From: Monocercomonoides exilis PA203
Taxonomy: Eukaryota; Protista; Preaxostyla
Reading direction: 5' to 3'
Length of the DNA stretch: 64,000 nt
Assembly: GCA_001643675.2 (NCBI GenBank)
Contig: LSRY02000003.1
Coordinates: forward strand, 620,001-684,000
Under the pieces are notes generated by a model, which worked only from the letters and a program-made list of their open reading frames with translations, did no database searches and was not told the origin of the DNA. Each line of letters opens with the position of its first letter. Position 1 is the first letter of the stretch. Of the stretch, positions 24,401 through 39,400 are shown one piece after another. A program made the position numbers and the translations under genes.

Positions 24401-27400
24401 CCTTTGCTTTTGTGCCTGGTAAGATTGAATCCTGCTCCGCCATTTCTTTTTGTTGTTGAAGTCAGCGTTGAACGTCCCGAGCTTTGATGACTTGAAGAAC
24501 TAGCAACATATGAAGAGATTGAGGGAAGATAAGAGCGTGGCGTAGAAAGCGAGTTGCTCTGAAGAGATTCGCGGCTGCTTGTGTGCGACACAAAGTGCGA
24601 TTCATTCAGAGGAGAGAAATATTGTGCCTGAAGTGAGGCAGTGAGTGGAGAACTATGTGGAGACTGCCTGCGAAACAGTGCATTGTCAGAACGTTTCTGC
24701 ATGAAGGGCAGCTGAAAATGCGAAACGTCCAAAGGTGATGACAAAGATGGAGAGGTTGAAAACGATATGAGTTGGGCCTGGCTGGATGCTTCTGCTTCTG
24801 ATGTCTTGTCTCCTCTGATCAGCCCTTCAAGCATTGACACGTGCCTCTTGTGGATAATTGGCCGGCGAGAAACAGAAGCCCCTTGCTGCATCGGCGAATG
24901 TGCAATATCCACAGGCGATGTTGCAGTGTGCGGTGATAGAAACGGCTGCTGAGAATTTCTCGTTCTCGACTTGTGGAACGGAATCATTGGTGATGGCTGA
25001 CGGGGCAGCTCAATAGGGAAGAAGTTGAGCTCTTCCTTCATCCTTCTTTTGTGGCCTTCGCTCGCAAATGAAGTTTGCTTGGCGATGTTCACTGAGCCAA
25101 ATGACTGAGGTGTGACAGATGTGTCAACAGAGGTCTCTGCATTGTCCTCGCAGTTGTCTGCAACATAAAGCGGAATGTATCCTCTTATCTGGTGGAACAG
25201 AGTGTAAGGTGTCGAAGCCAGCTGCTGTGCGGACTCGTTGTAGTCGTGGATGTCAAATATCAGCTGATCAGGCGTTTTCTGCGCTGATGCACAGAAGCCA
25301 GTGGCAATCCTGTCAATCACATCGAGCGAGCGCTCGCTGTCATCTTTGCCATCCGTATGGAAATCAGATTCGTTCGCAGAAGGAGAATCACTTTCCATTC
25401 CTTTCGAACCTCTTCTATTGACCTTCTTTTCCTTCCTCTTTTTCGATTTGGCTGTATCTCCAAAAGCTCCTTCTTCACCTGATGAGAATAACAAGCTATT
25501 CCCCCACAGCAATCCCAACATCGACTCCTGCTGTCCTGACAGCATCGAATGCACTGCGATGCGCGGATGGCATCCAAGCAGATCAGCAACCTGAGGCGAC
25601 TCCTTCCAGCCAGACGCCAACACATCCACAGACAGCTGCGAATGCTCTATGCGGCTGGTGCTGAGTGCTGCTGCATCAACATTTTCTGTCTCTTGAGAAG
25701 CGATTCGTGCAATTGATGATCCAACTTCGCCTGGTCTTTTCATCCGATAGAATGAAGACTGTCTGCTTTGTGCCGCAGCTATGAGGCGTGAACGCTGTTT
25801 AGGTGTGGTTGATGTGGATGGGATGGCAGAGAGTGGGTGGCTGGTGATAGAAGCAGCAGAAGTGGATGCTCTGAGGGAAGCAGATGTGGCAAAGGCAGCC
25901 GAAGTAGTAGTACCAGAAGAAGAAGAAGAATAGGAGGAAGAGGAAGAAAATGGATAGCTTCCCATTTCAGAAATTGGCTCTCCTGAATGAGAAAACCCAG
26001 TGAAAGGCATTGGCTTAGTGTATTGCTGCTGGATGAGCGATCTTCGCGGAGAAAGGGCGCTCAAAATGAAGTCGAAGGAGTTTGGCTGAGAAGACGACTG
26101 ACTCCACGAGGAATGTCGCATGTGCACAGGTCGAGTGCGCGGAGGAGCTGGATGTGGTTGGGCGAACGAAGAGGAAGACAAAGCATTGATGGAAGCAGAC
26201 GCTGCTACTGCAGCAGATGAAGATGACGATGGGACAGATGATGAAGATGAAGAAGATGATGTTGATGACAATGGTTGTGCTGGTGCAAACGAACTTTGCT
26301 GGAAGTCCAAGGCAAACGGAACCGAAGAGATGAAAGAGCCTCCAGATGTGCTGCCAGATGAGCTGCGCAGTTTAGAACCACGAAGTGAGTGTGATGACGA
26401 TGTGTGGAACAACCTCGACGAATGCTTCTTCATCTGGGCGAAGCGTGAGTGGTGGCGGTGGTGCTTCCGTTTGTGCTTGTTGCTTGAAACATTCTCAGAA
26501 ATTGAAGTGCTTGAAATATCCTGTGTATTGCTTGATTTGTGGAACAAGCCCAAAACAGTGGCGAATTCAGGTGTTGCACCAATGATCATTTCGATCTGAG
26601 GAGAAAGGCAGAAGGAGAGCTCGATACTTGTGGAGGAGATAGTATTGTTGCTCAGCATGCGACAGTGCGATCTCATCAAATTCCGTGCAGAATGAGAGAG
26701 TTTGTGCCTGTTGCTTTTGAGCAATGAATAGATCGCACTGTGGAACGCCAAGTTTGCCTGAGGTCGAGGAAGCAGCAGCGACAGAAGGTAATCAGAGGAT
26801 AAGACAGGATATCTGTCAAACACGTGGCTCATCAGAAATGACAGCACAGCACCCGCTGATGATGGACCAACAGGAGAGCGATTGAATAACCCCACGCTGG
26901 TTGTGGAGGAGACGAGGTTTGAAGGAGAAGTCAAATGGAATTTCTCCTGCTGCGCCAGCGATTCAGCTATACACTTTGGAGCAGATGCCAAAGAAGACCC
27001 TGTCAATTGTTGCTCCTTCGGCAAAAATGCATTCAGCAAAAACAGACCATCCTGAGTAATTTTTGCCTTGCGACTTGTGAAACTTGCCTTTTCTGTATTT
27101 GACTTGGATGAAGAGAACACAGAAGCCGTTGTTTGTGCAATCCTCTCTGAAGACAATGATGTTCCTGCAGCAGACTCTGCCTGGTGAATGCTCCGCTGCG
27201 ACAAGCTCTCGTCTGTTGGTTCGACAGAACGTGTGGGAGAAATGTGGAAGTTCGACGAGTTCTGCGCAGATGTCTCAATCACCGTTGTGGCAGCAGTCGT
27301 TGTCTCGTTGTTTAAGCATCTTCTTCTGCTTCGACTTCGACTTCTGCTTCCACTTCTGCTTCTGCTTCTACTGGCTGCTCCAAATTTTTGAGTAACTTTC

Positions 27401-30400
27401 ACTCCGCGCGAGGCAACAAGAGATGGAATGATGCCTGTCTGGAAGAGCTGCTGATGATCGACTGAAAGCTCCACAACCAGAAGCATCAGCGTCTTCGCAT
27501 CGCCAGCAGTGCGGATGACATGATTCCAGATCGAATCAAATTGGAACGGGAAAGAGCTTCCATTGGAAAGTGTGAAGTCGACAAGACGACGCAGATTGCT
27601 GAGTCTTTGGCTATCTGTACTGAAAGTGGATGAAGTTGATGTTGAAGTTGAAGTTATTGCTGTTGAAGAAGAAGAAGATGATGACGACGACGATGCTGAA
27701 GCAGACGAACAATGAATAGGATGCAGTATGTATTGAACCCATGGTGTAATTATCCGAAGCAGCGCCTTGCATCCCGAGCGATCTGTTGTCTCAAAGCGGC
27801 GCAGCACTTCCTGAAACAGAGGCTCAAAGAGATGCGGATAGCGCTTGATGATCAGCTGGGAGATGTATGATTGGATCTGGTGAGTGACAGTAGAGGAAGA
27901 AGAGTACAAAAGCGAAATGGCAGAGATTTCGTCATTGTCGCTTTCAGACATCGAAGACAAGAAAGACATGGAAGAAGTTGAAGAATCTTCGTTGTCATCA
28001 TCTTCTTTTTCTTCTTCGCTTTCTTCGTTTGAGGCTCTTGATTCAGCACAACGTATATTCTCGTTTCTGTAGGCAATACTCTTTGATGAGCGATGCAAAG
28101 ATCTGAGGCTGTCCTGAAAGTTTATATGTACTTTGTTGTAATCATGTGTTGCTTGAGCATCTGCATCAGAACCATTTCCTTCTTCATTCTTTTGGTTTTC
28201 TGTTGCTGAAGTTAAAACATCATCGCTGTAAAGCCTTCTTGTTGTCAGCCTCATTTTGCGCACGATTTTCTTGCTGGGATTCAAATGCTGCTTCATCTTT
28301 CTCATGTTTTCGACGTTGGCTGTCTCAACAATAAGATCTCCATTTGGTTTGATGTTATTTCTGATAGAAAATTCATTCTGGTTCAAAACAGTCGGAGCTC
28401 TTTGCAAGCTCTTTTCTTCTAACATTTCATAGCTTTGCACATCGCTTTCGTCCCATTCGTCGTCTTCTGCTTCCACTTCAAACACATCTTCATCGGATGA
28501 CTGCTCGCGATCATCATAATACCCACTATACGTCTTTCCCCTTCGTCCATCTATTTCTGTGTTAATCTCCTCAATGAATTCCCTGCTGTTCTTCATCTGC
28601 GCCTTCTGCGCTAATTCTGCAGATGGCATGCATGAATTGTATGCATTCAGGCTGTTTGTGTTGAGTGTTAAGTGATCACATGGAAGAAACAGCAGCTTCG
28701 TGACAGCATCAACAACAGAATGGAAATGCCTGCCTTTCAAAGACTTCTTAATAAGCAACTTTCTTTTGAGCTTTTGAGCTTTTCTCTCGTTTGCTTCATT
28801 GCTTTCTTCACTATCATCATCGTCGTCTTCGTCATCATCATCATCATCATCATCATCAGATCTTTCAACTTCACTTGAAGCAGAGCTTCCCAAAGCTCCA
28901 TAAACAGCTCCCTTCTCATTTCCTTCAATCAACCTCGCTGCATCTGAATCATCAAAAGAAGAGATGTCTGTTGAGAAACTGTCGATATACGCTTCTTCCA
29001 GTGGTGGATTCAGATAGTAATCAGAATCAGCCACCGAACTGTTCTCCTTGTCTGTCTCATTCTCCACCCGGCGAGCGAAATCGAAGCTTTGCCTGTTCAG
29101 CTCGTTCCGGCTGGATGCGAATGATTCGCTGAACGAGTCATTAGTGTCGTCTTGTTTCGCTCTTCTCTTTGGAGTTAGCTCCCATGAAAACTTCTGCTCC
29201 ACCGAAGACGAACATTGTAAGGAGGAAGAAAGAGAGGCACTGCGATCAGCGGAGGATGACACATCGCGAACAGAGTCATTCACTCTTCTTTTTATGTTCT
29301 CTTTAATCTTCTTCTTGCTCACAACAACCGCCCTGCTCTTCATATGCGGAATGTGATCGCGATGATGATGACCTCCTGCTCCATTTCCTATTTCTTCCAC
29401 ATCTTCTTCGTCTTCTCCTCCTTCCACCTGTCTTTCACATCCCTCTTTCTCCGATTCAAGACATCTTACGCATCTGTACAGTAGCTTCGAAGCTCTTGCC
29501 CTTGTTCTCGCATCTGGATTTGCCAGTAAAAAGAGAGCAAGCAAAAGCAGCGAGCAGAACGAGACATCAGTTGTATTCAGCGTGTTTGCCCTGAATGCAA
29601 GTTCAGATACTGCTTTGATGTGCGCAGACACGATATTGCTGGAAGTCGAGTTATATCTGTAGCATTCAATGACAGAGGAAGATAAATAGCTTGGATTTGA
29701 ATGCAGATAACGCAGCAGCCCTTTCAGACCTGCTGTTCGCACACTCGGCAGCATCGACGATAGACACTGGTTGACCCACTCTAACACAACACCATCGCCT
29801 CCCAGCGGAGCAGCGGGGAGAGAAATGAATGCTCTGAGTAGTTGCTCAGAGAGAGAAAGCACCTGCTTCTTTGTGAGAAGAGAAGAAGTTGATGAACTGC
29901 TGTTGACGCTGCACACAAAAGCAGAGGAATCTGAGTAAGTCGAGTTCCCTTCAAGTCCAGCAGCAGCAGAAGAAGCACAAGCAGAAAAGCTGTTTTCATT
30001 TCCTGGAAGCGCTTGTGAATCAAAAAGCGGGCGTTCGTTTGGATCAGTCACTGAAAGTGGTGTCTGCTGTGTCAGCAGCAGCGCTGGAACAAGAGCAGCC
30101 TGAAGCCGCTCAGGTGAAAGGGAAGAGAAAGGGCTGAGGCCGAAGAAAGAAGGGTTGGCGCCCAACCCCAAGAGAATGGGAAGGAGATCGGAGAGAGCAC
30201 GTGGAGGAGGTACAAATGTGTTGATGAGTGATGTGTTGATGGAAGAGGATGTTTGGAGAGAGGAAGGGATGGTGGAGGTGATGGTGGGGGTGATGAGGGA
30301 GTATGAAATGGGTGGGAGAGAAGAGACAGTTGAGCTGTTTGCCACATGCTTTTCAATCGCTTGGAGATCTGAGTCTGAATACGAAGCAGCAGCCAGTGGC

Positions 30401-33400
30401 AACTGAATCATGGAGCGTTTGTGTGAAGAAGAAGGAGAGGAAGAAGGGTGGATGAGTGTGACAAGACCAGCAATGTTAAATGATTTTGGTGTTTGATACC
30501 CATGAATGGGGTGAGACAACGTGAAACCCGATCCAACTTTGCGCAGATCAGACAAAGTGTGTTTAGGCAAAGTGCTCACTTTGTCCTGAATGGAAGTGCT
30601 GGTTGATGATATGAAAAGAGACAGGGGAAGTGCCATTGAACCTGAATGGGAAACAGACTGCGGGGAATATGAAAGCGAGCTCTGGCCAAATAGACGCGGC
30701 AGGCTTGTGGAAGATCCGATGCGCAGGTTTGACAGCGCCATCTGAGCTGCTGTGAGCGACTTGAGTGTTGACTGAGGCAGAGGAGAAAGCGAAGGGATGT
30801 CGCAGTGAAGAGCAGGGAAGAACGACTCGACGAGAGGCAGAGGAATAACAAAGGTCAGCACACTGGCGCTTTGCGGGTCGCTCATCTGCACTTGCTCTGA
30901 GGGTGTGAGAGGAAGAGGAAGCTGCTGGGTGTCTGATGAAATAGCAGTGGATGAGCCAGAGAGTGCAAGCTGTGCAGCAAGTGGTGCATTGGATGATAAA
31001 GAGCGAGTGGAGAGAGGAGGAGGTGGAGGGGATTCGGTGGACACGAGAATAGGTGATGGAATGGTTGAATTTGAAGACTGATCAGAAGAGGTGGTGGTGG
31101 TGCAGAGGGCAGGTGTCGCTTCCTGAGGAGGGGTGGGGGAATCTGGAACGGGGAGAGGCTGAGAGAGAGGAGAAGGATGATATGGTGTGACAGGGAGGGA
31201 GGAAGAGGCAGAGAGAGGAAGATGGGAGCCAAGGGAAGGCGCAGGCTCAGGTGGAGAAGAAGAGTCTGGTTGAGTGGCTGAATGTGTAGACTGAGCGGAA
31301 GAAGAAGAGGATGACGATGAAATTGAAGAAGACGATGAATTAGACTGAGAAATCATTGCAGAATTTGCAGAAGGCGAATCAGAAACTGCTGAGTTGCCAT
31401 TGCTGCTGCCATTGCTTCCATTGCTGCTGTTGCTTCCATTGCTCGGCGCGCTCTGAATGGGCGTGGTTACATCAGAAAATCTAGCTGAAGATGGAGAAAG
31501 AAGCGGCCGGGGTGTACTTGAAGGCGCAGGAATCGAAACAGTCAGCGGCTGGTTAGACTGTGCGGGCTGTGAAGAGCTTCCAGAGGAAACCGACTGCTCG
31601 CTGCTGGATGAAGAAGGCGAGATTGTCCCCGAATTTCCTGCTGTTTGTGAGAACGAGACAGAATTTCTGGCAGAGTTGGCAGACGCGCGGGAGGAAGCAG
31701 AGTGCGGGCGGGTGATTTTGTTTGAGTTTTGCGATTGGAGAGAGAAAGAGCCGTGTTTTTTGTTTTCTTTTCCCGAAGCTGAGGCAGATCCTGAGGTAGA
31801 AGCACCTGTTTTGGGGTCTGTTGCATTCTGTGCGTTGTTCAAGTTGATTGCAACAAGGTTTTCTTCAGTTGGTAAAAGACAAAACCAGACAAGAATCATA
31901 ATGGAAGGTGCAATGGCAGATGAAAACATCTGCACTGCCTCGAACAGCTGCGAAGGTGTGGTGAGTTCAGGAAGCAGAGAAGAGAGCGAGTAGTTTGTTG
32001 AAGTCACATATTTGGGGGTGGGGAGCAAGTGGAAGAAAGGAGGGTCGCTGGGAGAATTGTCAGCCAAGGAGTAAGTGCTGTCTCTGTCATTCAATGGAAG
32101 CTGGATCTGAGGAAGAGATGCTGTTGACTCTCGAAGTGAAGACTTCTCACGCTCTTCTTCTTCTTCTTCTCCTTCTTCGCCTTCTCCTTCTTCTCCTCCT
32201 TCTGAACTGTTTGTCGGCGCCAGCGATTCAAAATACTGCTCAAACAGATCTTCTCTTTCGACACAGTTATTGTTACTGCTAAAGCCATTGTTGATATTGT
32301 AGCTGTTGATATTCAGAGGCAGCGGGTCAACCACACTTGCCAGCGCCTTCTGTCTCATCTGATGGCGCGAGTGCTGGCTGCGCTTCTTCTCCGACGAGGC
32401 AGCCTCAGCAAACGGCGGAGGCGCAGTCTCCAGCGGTGCATTCACCAGAACAGGCGGGCTGATCAAGTTGGCATTGACAAGCGACTCGATCAGATCGCCC
32501 TCAGATGTTTCAGTGTGGTTGCTGTAGTTGGCTGTGACATTGGCTGCCTCCATGTTCAGCACTGCTGTCACATCCCTCTTCAGAAATGAGCCATTCATTC
32601 CACTCCCTCCTCTCATGCTCCTCGTGTGTGTCACCAGCGGTGCAGGGGAAGAAGAAGCAAAGAACACAGCCGGGTGGAATGATTCGCCCAAAAGCAACTG
32701 CGCCATCGTCTCCTGTGTTGCCACATGCAGCATCAGCAGCTCGCACACCACTGCTCCACACGCTGCCTCTCTCTTGCCGCGGAAGACGTTGTTCTGTGGC
32801 GAAACCACGTTTCCATTTGCAGCCGTCCGCAGTGCAGCAAAGAGATCCAAATGCGGCTGTTTCAGCAGAGAAAATGAGTAAAGCAGCACAAACAGCCGAA
32901 AGCGATAAGAGGTGCTAAGAAATCTCTCAGAGAATGTTCTCACTGGAGGAAGCAGACTCGACCGCAAGCGGACGGTGTCTGTGGAGCGGAGGATGGAGCC
33001 TGACTGGAACAGGGCTGACTTCTGCCTCCGCATTCCGCCCTGCGTGGAAGAATGGCCAGAGCTTAACTGCTGTGCAGCTTGTGCTGATGGAGGAGATGTT
33101 GACAATGTGGCTGAAACTGTTACTGTTGATGAAGCAGCCATTGCAGATGTCTGGATGATTGAGTGGTCAACAAGCGACGATGCAGTCTGTGTCTGCTTCA
33201 GTGAAGAAGACAAAGGAGGCGCTGCCATCTGCTTTGCGTTCTGAGGGAGCAGGTCAGAAGAGAGGAGAACGGCTGCTGAGAGGTCGGTGGCATCGCCTGC
33301 TGTGAGCGTCATTCCTCGTCGTGCTGCTGCGTATCCCTTTGCGCTGAGGCGGGTTTTGTATTCGTGGACTTTGTTCGGGTTGCTGGGGGAAGGCTGCTGG

Positions 33401-36400
33401 GAGGAAGGGGAAGATTCAGAGGAAGAAGATGATGAGGAAGAAGAGGAAGAAGAAGGAGATGCTGTTGTGGATGAGGTGAATGGAAGAGGGTTTTCTGTGT
33501 GTGCACGCTGCAAGTAGGAAGAAGGAAGAAGAGCATTGTCACTTTCAGGGCGAGAAGAAGAAGAAGAAGAAGGGGAAGAAGGGGAAAGTGTGGATGATGA
33601 TAACAATGCTGTTGTTGAGGAAGAAGAAGAAGATGATGGAGGGGATGGTGATGGTGATAACGATGGAGACAAAGGCGAATGTTGCAATGAAACTTGACTT
33701 GCACGATTCACATCTTCTCCTCTTCCTCTTCCTTCTCTTTCTCCTTTTCCTTCTTTTCCTTCTTTTCCTTCCTTTGTTTCTCCTCTTCCTCCTTTTGCAG
33801 CTTTCTTCATTTGTTTATTACTCTGTTGTTCCCCTTCCGAAAGCAAGAGCGGAGGTGGGGGAGGAGGAAGATCTGCTTGTGAGAAGTTGACAGCTGAAGC
33901 AGTCAAAATAGAAGGAGAAGGTGGAAGAGGAAGCAAGTCAGAAGGAGAAGAAGGCACATCCATTTCAGATGCAGGAGGAGGCGGTTCTTCGCCTTCGAAG
34001 GGGCTGAGGAAAGAGGTAGAGGCAGCAAGCGTGTAAAGGGCTTGGGGAGGTGGGGGTGGGGGAAGAGAAGAAAGAGAAGGGAGGGAGGAAAGAGAAGAGA
34101 GAGGAGGAAGAGAAGAAGAAGAAGAGGAGGAGGAGGAGGTGGTGGTGGTGGAAGAAGGCTGTTTTTGGAGCTGCTGCATCTGAAGCTGAGGCTGCGATGA
34201 TGAAGTTGGTGATTGAGGTAGAAGGTCAGACACAGAAAGGTTTGAATACAATGTGGAAGGAGAAGAAGAAACAGAAGAGGCAGAAGAGGTGGAGGCTGTT
34301 GTAGCAGAGGTGGGAGAGCTGGAGATGGCTGGTGAAGTGGCAGAGATGGGGGAAGATGAGAGAGCAATGGATGAAGTGGAGCCAGCGTTTGAAGAGGAAG
34401 AGGAAGAAGAAGAAGATGATGGTATTGATGTTGATGGTACTGAAGAAGGAGAAGGAGAAGAAGAAGAAGAATTTGTTGAAGAAGTTGCAGATGTTCCATT
34501 GGGAGCACCTGCATGCGACAAGATGGAGCTGAGCTGTGTGCTGCTGAGCTGCTGGCTCTTCCATCTTCGGTGTGCTGCAAGTGATCTTCTGAACGGCGTG
34601 GAAGAAGGGAATGAGACAATCGGAGCATCAGAACGAGCAGATTGAGGAGGAGAAATGACAGAGAGTTGAGAAGGATGGCTCGGCGGCCTGCTGCTGCTTC
34701 CTCCTAATGCTCCTCCTCCAAACCCTCCTCCCCCTACGCCTCCCCCTCCTCCATCTACTTCCAGTGTCAGTCCAGAAAAGACCCCACCATCGTCACAGCG
34801 GGCACGTGTGTTTGAGCGGCTGCCAAACTCGTTCATCTCCACCTCGACAGTTTCTTGTGCGTCTGCTTCATCATCATCAACAACAACATCGTCATCATCT
34901 TCGTCATCATCAACGATTCCTTCTTCATCTTCATCCACTCCATCTTCCACTTCATCATCATCATCATCATCCTCTTCATCTTCATCTTCTCTTCCTCTCC
35001 TTCTCGTCTGCTTCATAGCTGATGGAAGAGCATCTGCCCCTTCGCCAAAGGCCACCACGCTGCTTAGCAAGGGAATCATCTCAGCTGGCACATTCCTCCC
35101 AAACGCCGTTACAACCACGGGATAAATAGAGGAAGAGCTGTTATTATTGTTGCTATTGTTATTGCAATGAGTGTTTCTATTGCAATTGCTCTTGCAATTT
35201 CTGCTGTTATCCTTCAAGAAAGATCGATTGAACGAGTGCTGAGTGGAAAACAACGCATTTGACAGAGAAGGTGAAGGAGAGGTCGGGTGACTACCACAAA
35301 TAGCAGAAGCATTTTTTCCTGTTGCTGCTAATACTCCTCTTCCTCTTCCTCTTCTAATTCTTATTCTTCCTTCTCTTTCCATTCCTTCTTCTTCTTCTCT
35401 TTCTCTTTCTCTTTCTCCTTCCCTTCCTCTTCCTCTTCCTCTTCCTCCTCTGCTTTGCACTTTCACATTCATTGCAGGAACAATAGAGAAAGATAACGTG
35501 GGACCATCAACGATGTTGAGAGGTAGTGAGTCAGAAGGAGGAAGAAAAGCTTCGATTTCCGTGTGGCGGATGGGGGATGGCCAAACAGAGTAGCACAATG
35601 GAAGAGAACGCAGCTGAGAGCGAAGAAGGGCAAAGAAAGAAGAAGAAGAAGAAGAAGAAGAGGGGGAAGAAGAAGAGGAGGAAGAGGAAGCAGAATAGGA
35701 AGAAGATGTTGATGATGAGGAAGAGGTTGAAGAGGAAGAATGAGCAGCTGTTATTTCTTGAGGTGGCATCCAATTTGCAGAGGCAGACGCCGAAGCTGAA
35801 GGAGGCGAGTCAACATAAACAGAAGAAGAAGAAGAAGAAGGATAAGAAGAAGAAGAGGAGGAAGAGGAAGAAGAAGAATATGGCCCTTGTTGCAACTGCC
35901 CAGGTGATTGTTGCTTTCGGTGTGTGTTCGGAATCACCACAACTGTTCTCAAACCAGCACGTGGGGTGATAAAAGTGTGTTGAGAAGACATTTCGGATGG
36001 CTGGTTGTTATTATTATTGCTGATATTGTTATTGCTGCAATGTTTGCTGAAAAGCTGAAGCTTTTCGTCTCCCGCTCCACTTTCTGCTTCACTTTCATCG
36101 CCAAATCGCTTATGTGGCTTGTTTTGATACTGTTGATTGTACTGTGATATTCTTCCTCTGCTTCTTCTTTCACTTTCTTCTTCTCTTCTCCTTCTCCTTC
36201 TCCTTCTCTCCTCTTCCTTCTGTGCCTTTTGCAGCGTCCTATCAATTCGAATAAGAAACCTCCACACAAACAGCAAGTCGCGCTGAAGCACAAGCAAATA
36301 TGCAGTTGTGGCTGGCAGAGTGGGAGAAGAAGATACAGAATGAGGAAAAGTGTTGTGATGGCTGATGAAGAAGATTTCACACTGCGAAGCAAACCACACG

Positions 36401-39400
36401 ACATCTGACAAGATTGCATAAGGAACAGGGAAATGGATGGAAGGAGAAGAGACGAAGGAACAGTTTTGTTTGAGAGGAGAAGGAGAGGAATTTAAGGTGG
36501 CGATGGAGTTGGAGGTGGATATGGCAGAAGAAGCAGTAGAAGAAGGAGGTGGAGCAATAGGAGCAGAAGAAGAGGAAGAAGAAGAAGAAGAAGAGGAAGG
36601 GGCGAGGGAAGAAGGATGAGCAGAATCGAAAGGAGAAGAGAAGAGAGAAGAAGGAGAGGCTGTTGAAGAGGAAGAAGAAGAAGAAGAAGAATTTGAAGAA
36701 GAAGATGATGATTGAGCAAGAGCATACAACGGATTATGTGTTATTCCTGGCTGAGTAAATGTTCTTGTCAGTTTTTTCGTTCCTTGTGCCATTTCTCCAT
36801 TCACTTCGTTCTGTCTCATCATCATTTTCTTCTTGTCTATATTCATCTGGTTTATTTGATTTATTTGATTAAATAGATTCTTCTGTTGAGGCAGTGTCGA
36901 ACGAGAAAGCTTCGAAGGCGATGACAAACCCAGCAGGCTGTTCATCCTTCTTCTCAATGCAAATGGCTGCTGGCGATACGAAAGAGAGAAAGAGAACAAA
37001 ATCGACCTCAAAACCAGCAGCCCCGCCGCGTGGGAGCGAGCAGTGGCCAAATGAATCAGATCTTTTCTGTTCAGAACAGACGGCTGCTGCACAAAGAGGC
37101 GGTTGATGAGAAGATCTGAAGACAAGTCATTGAATAGCACGGGGTGTGCTACAGAGAGAGAGACGAGGCCGGCTGTGCGGATGCTTTCAACGGGAGAGCA
37201 GACGAAAGAATAAGCTTGTTGGATCAGGTCTCTTGTGCGCTCAGCGGTTAAGTCGCCCTTTTGGAGAGCGGAGTGCAAGGGGAATGAGGTTGAAGAGGAA
37301 GAGGAAGAAGAAGAAGAAGAATTTTGTTGAGCACTTCCTTGTTTGTTTGAAGAAGAAGAAGAAGAAGATGATGATGATGATGATGACTGCACACTTGTTG
37401 TCATCAATGGAGAAAACGCTGATGTGCAAGACACCAGCAGCTCGTCAGGCACATTCACAGAAGAAGAGCAAGTGGCCAAGCAGACAGCCATGAGCGACGT
37501 CCACGTGGCGATGCTGTTCATAAACTGGGTGTCTTGTTCCGCCAGCACACTCTGTGAGATCTGATAAGGAGCAGATGCGGCTGATGAAGAGGAAGAAGAG
37601 GAAGAAGAGGAGGATGAAGAGGATGATGATGAGGAAGATGAAGAAGCATACAAGTTCTGTGCTGTCACCACAGGCGCCGGGAGTGGCAAAGCTGCAGGGT
37701 CGATAGAATTCTTCTTCAGCTTCGCCTCGTTCAGCCTGTTGAATGCATCAGCCCACGCCCTCCTCATCACATCCGGGAGCACGCTGTGAATGGCCACTGC
37801 TGCCACTGCCAGGCAGACAGACCAGCTGTCGCTGCTGGAGCGGGCAGAGGATTGGACAGCAATGAGAGCAGCGTCGGTGGTGGGGGATGTGAAGACGGAG
37901 TCACGCGAGGGGCTGTTGTGGGAGAGGAGGGGGGTGAGGGAGAGGGTGGTGAATGGGCGGGAGGAAGAAGGCTTTTTGGAGGAGGAAGAGGAAGAGGATG
38001 ATGAGGAAGAGGAGGAAGATGATGAGGAAGAAGAAGAAGAAGAAGCAGAAGAAGAAGCATTCTTTGAGCCAGAAAGCGAAGGTTGCACTTCTTCTTTCAG
38101 TCTTCCTCCTCTCATCAGCGACTCAAACGACACATCCTTCGTAATCAATGGCACATTCGCCCACAAGTTGATCATTGCAGCGGCAGAAGCGACGATTCTT
38201 TTGCTTTCTGCATCCAACACGAACGCAACGCGCAGTGGCGTGTCCACTCCATCCAGCACAGCGAGAATGTGAGACAGCACAAGACATCTTCGGAGGACGG
38301 ACAGAGCAGCCACTCTTGTCTCAACAACAGAGGAGCACAAGAGGACAATGCCCAAGGAATCGATGTCATCCCCTGGGAACAGCTGGGTTTCATTGGCAGT
38401 GAAGTAACGGCCAGACTCACTTTCGGTGCGGAAGTGAGAAGGATGAGAAGTAGAAGAGGAAGAAGAGGAAGAAGAATTGGAATAAGAATAAGAAGAGGAG
38501 GAAGAAGAGCGAGGCAAAGTGGAAGAGGCAGCAGAAGCACGAAATGATTGGGGAAGTGCAGATGCTCCATCGCTTGCTGAAGGAGAGTCAGAATTGACAG
38601 AAGAAGAAGAAGAAGATGATGATGATGATGATGATGCTCCTTCACCTTCTTTTCCTTCTTTTCCTCCTTCATTTTTTTCATTCTCTTTCCCTTCCCCTTT
38701 CTCTTCATTTCCTTCTTCTTCTTCTTCCTCTTCCTCCTCTTCTTCCTCTCCCCTCCTCATCAACACCTCTGGCAAATGTCCTTTCCCTCTTCTTCCCGAT
38801 ATGCCCTGCACAACTACCCCGCTCTCATTCGCGAGCGACTGCCTCCTCATCAGCTCCTCCTTCGCCCTCTCCGCCCAGCGCGCCAGCACATAGTCCAGGG
38901 TGACCAGCAGCTCCTGCACCGTCGGCACGTTTATGTCCCCAACACTTCTGATTGCTGTGCAGATGGCTGAGACGATGCTCCTCCTCATTTCTGCCGGGTG
39001 GATGGCGATCATCGTGGCGAGGGTGCGGCGCGACTCGATGCGGAAGGACGGGTCGGAAGAGGTGGAGGCGATGGCGAGGTTGAAGCAGAGGTAGTCAACG
39101 GGCATCGAAGCGGTGGCAGGGAAGAGGCGGAGGAGGTGGAGGCAGAGGCGGAGGATGATGGGAGTGAAGGTGGTGCTTGGCATGGAGGAGGAGTAAGTGG
39201 TGGAAGAGGAAGAAGAAGATGAGGAGGAGGAGGAAGAAGAAGAAGACGATGATGATGATGAAGAGGAAGAAGAAGAAGAAGAAGCTGATTGAAGAAGAGA
39301 GGAAGGATGAAGTGTGGTGAAGAGCGAAGTGATGTTTGGCTGGGCGTATGGAAGCATCCGATCGAAGATTTGAACAATGCGCTTGAATAAAATGATCCAT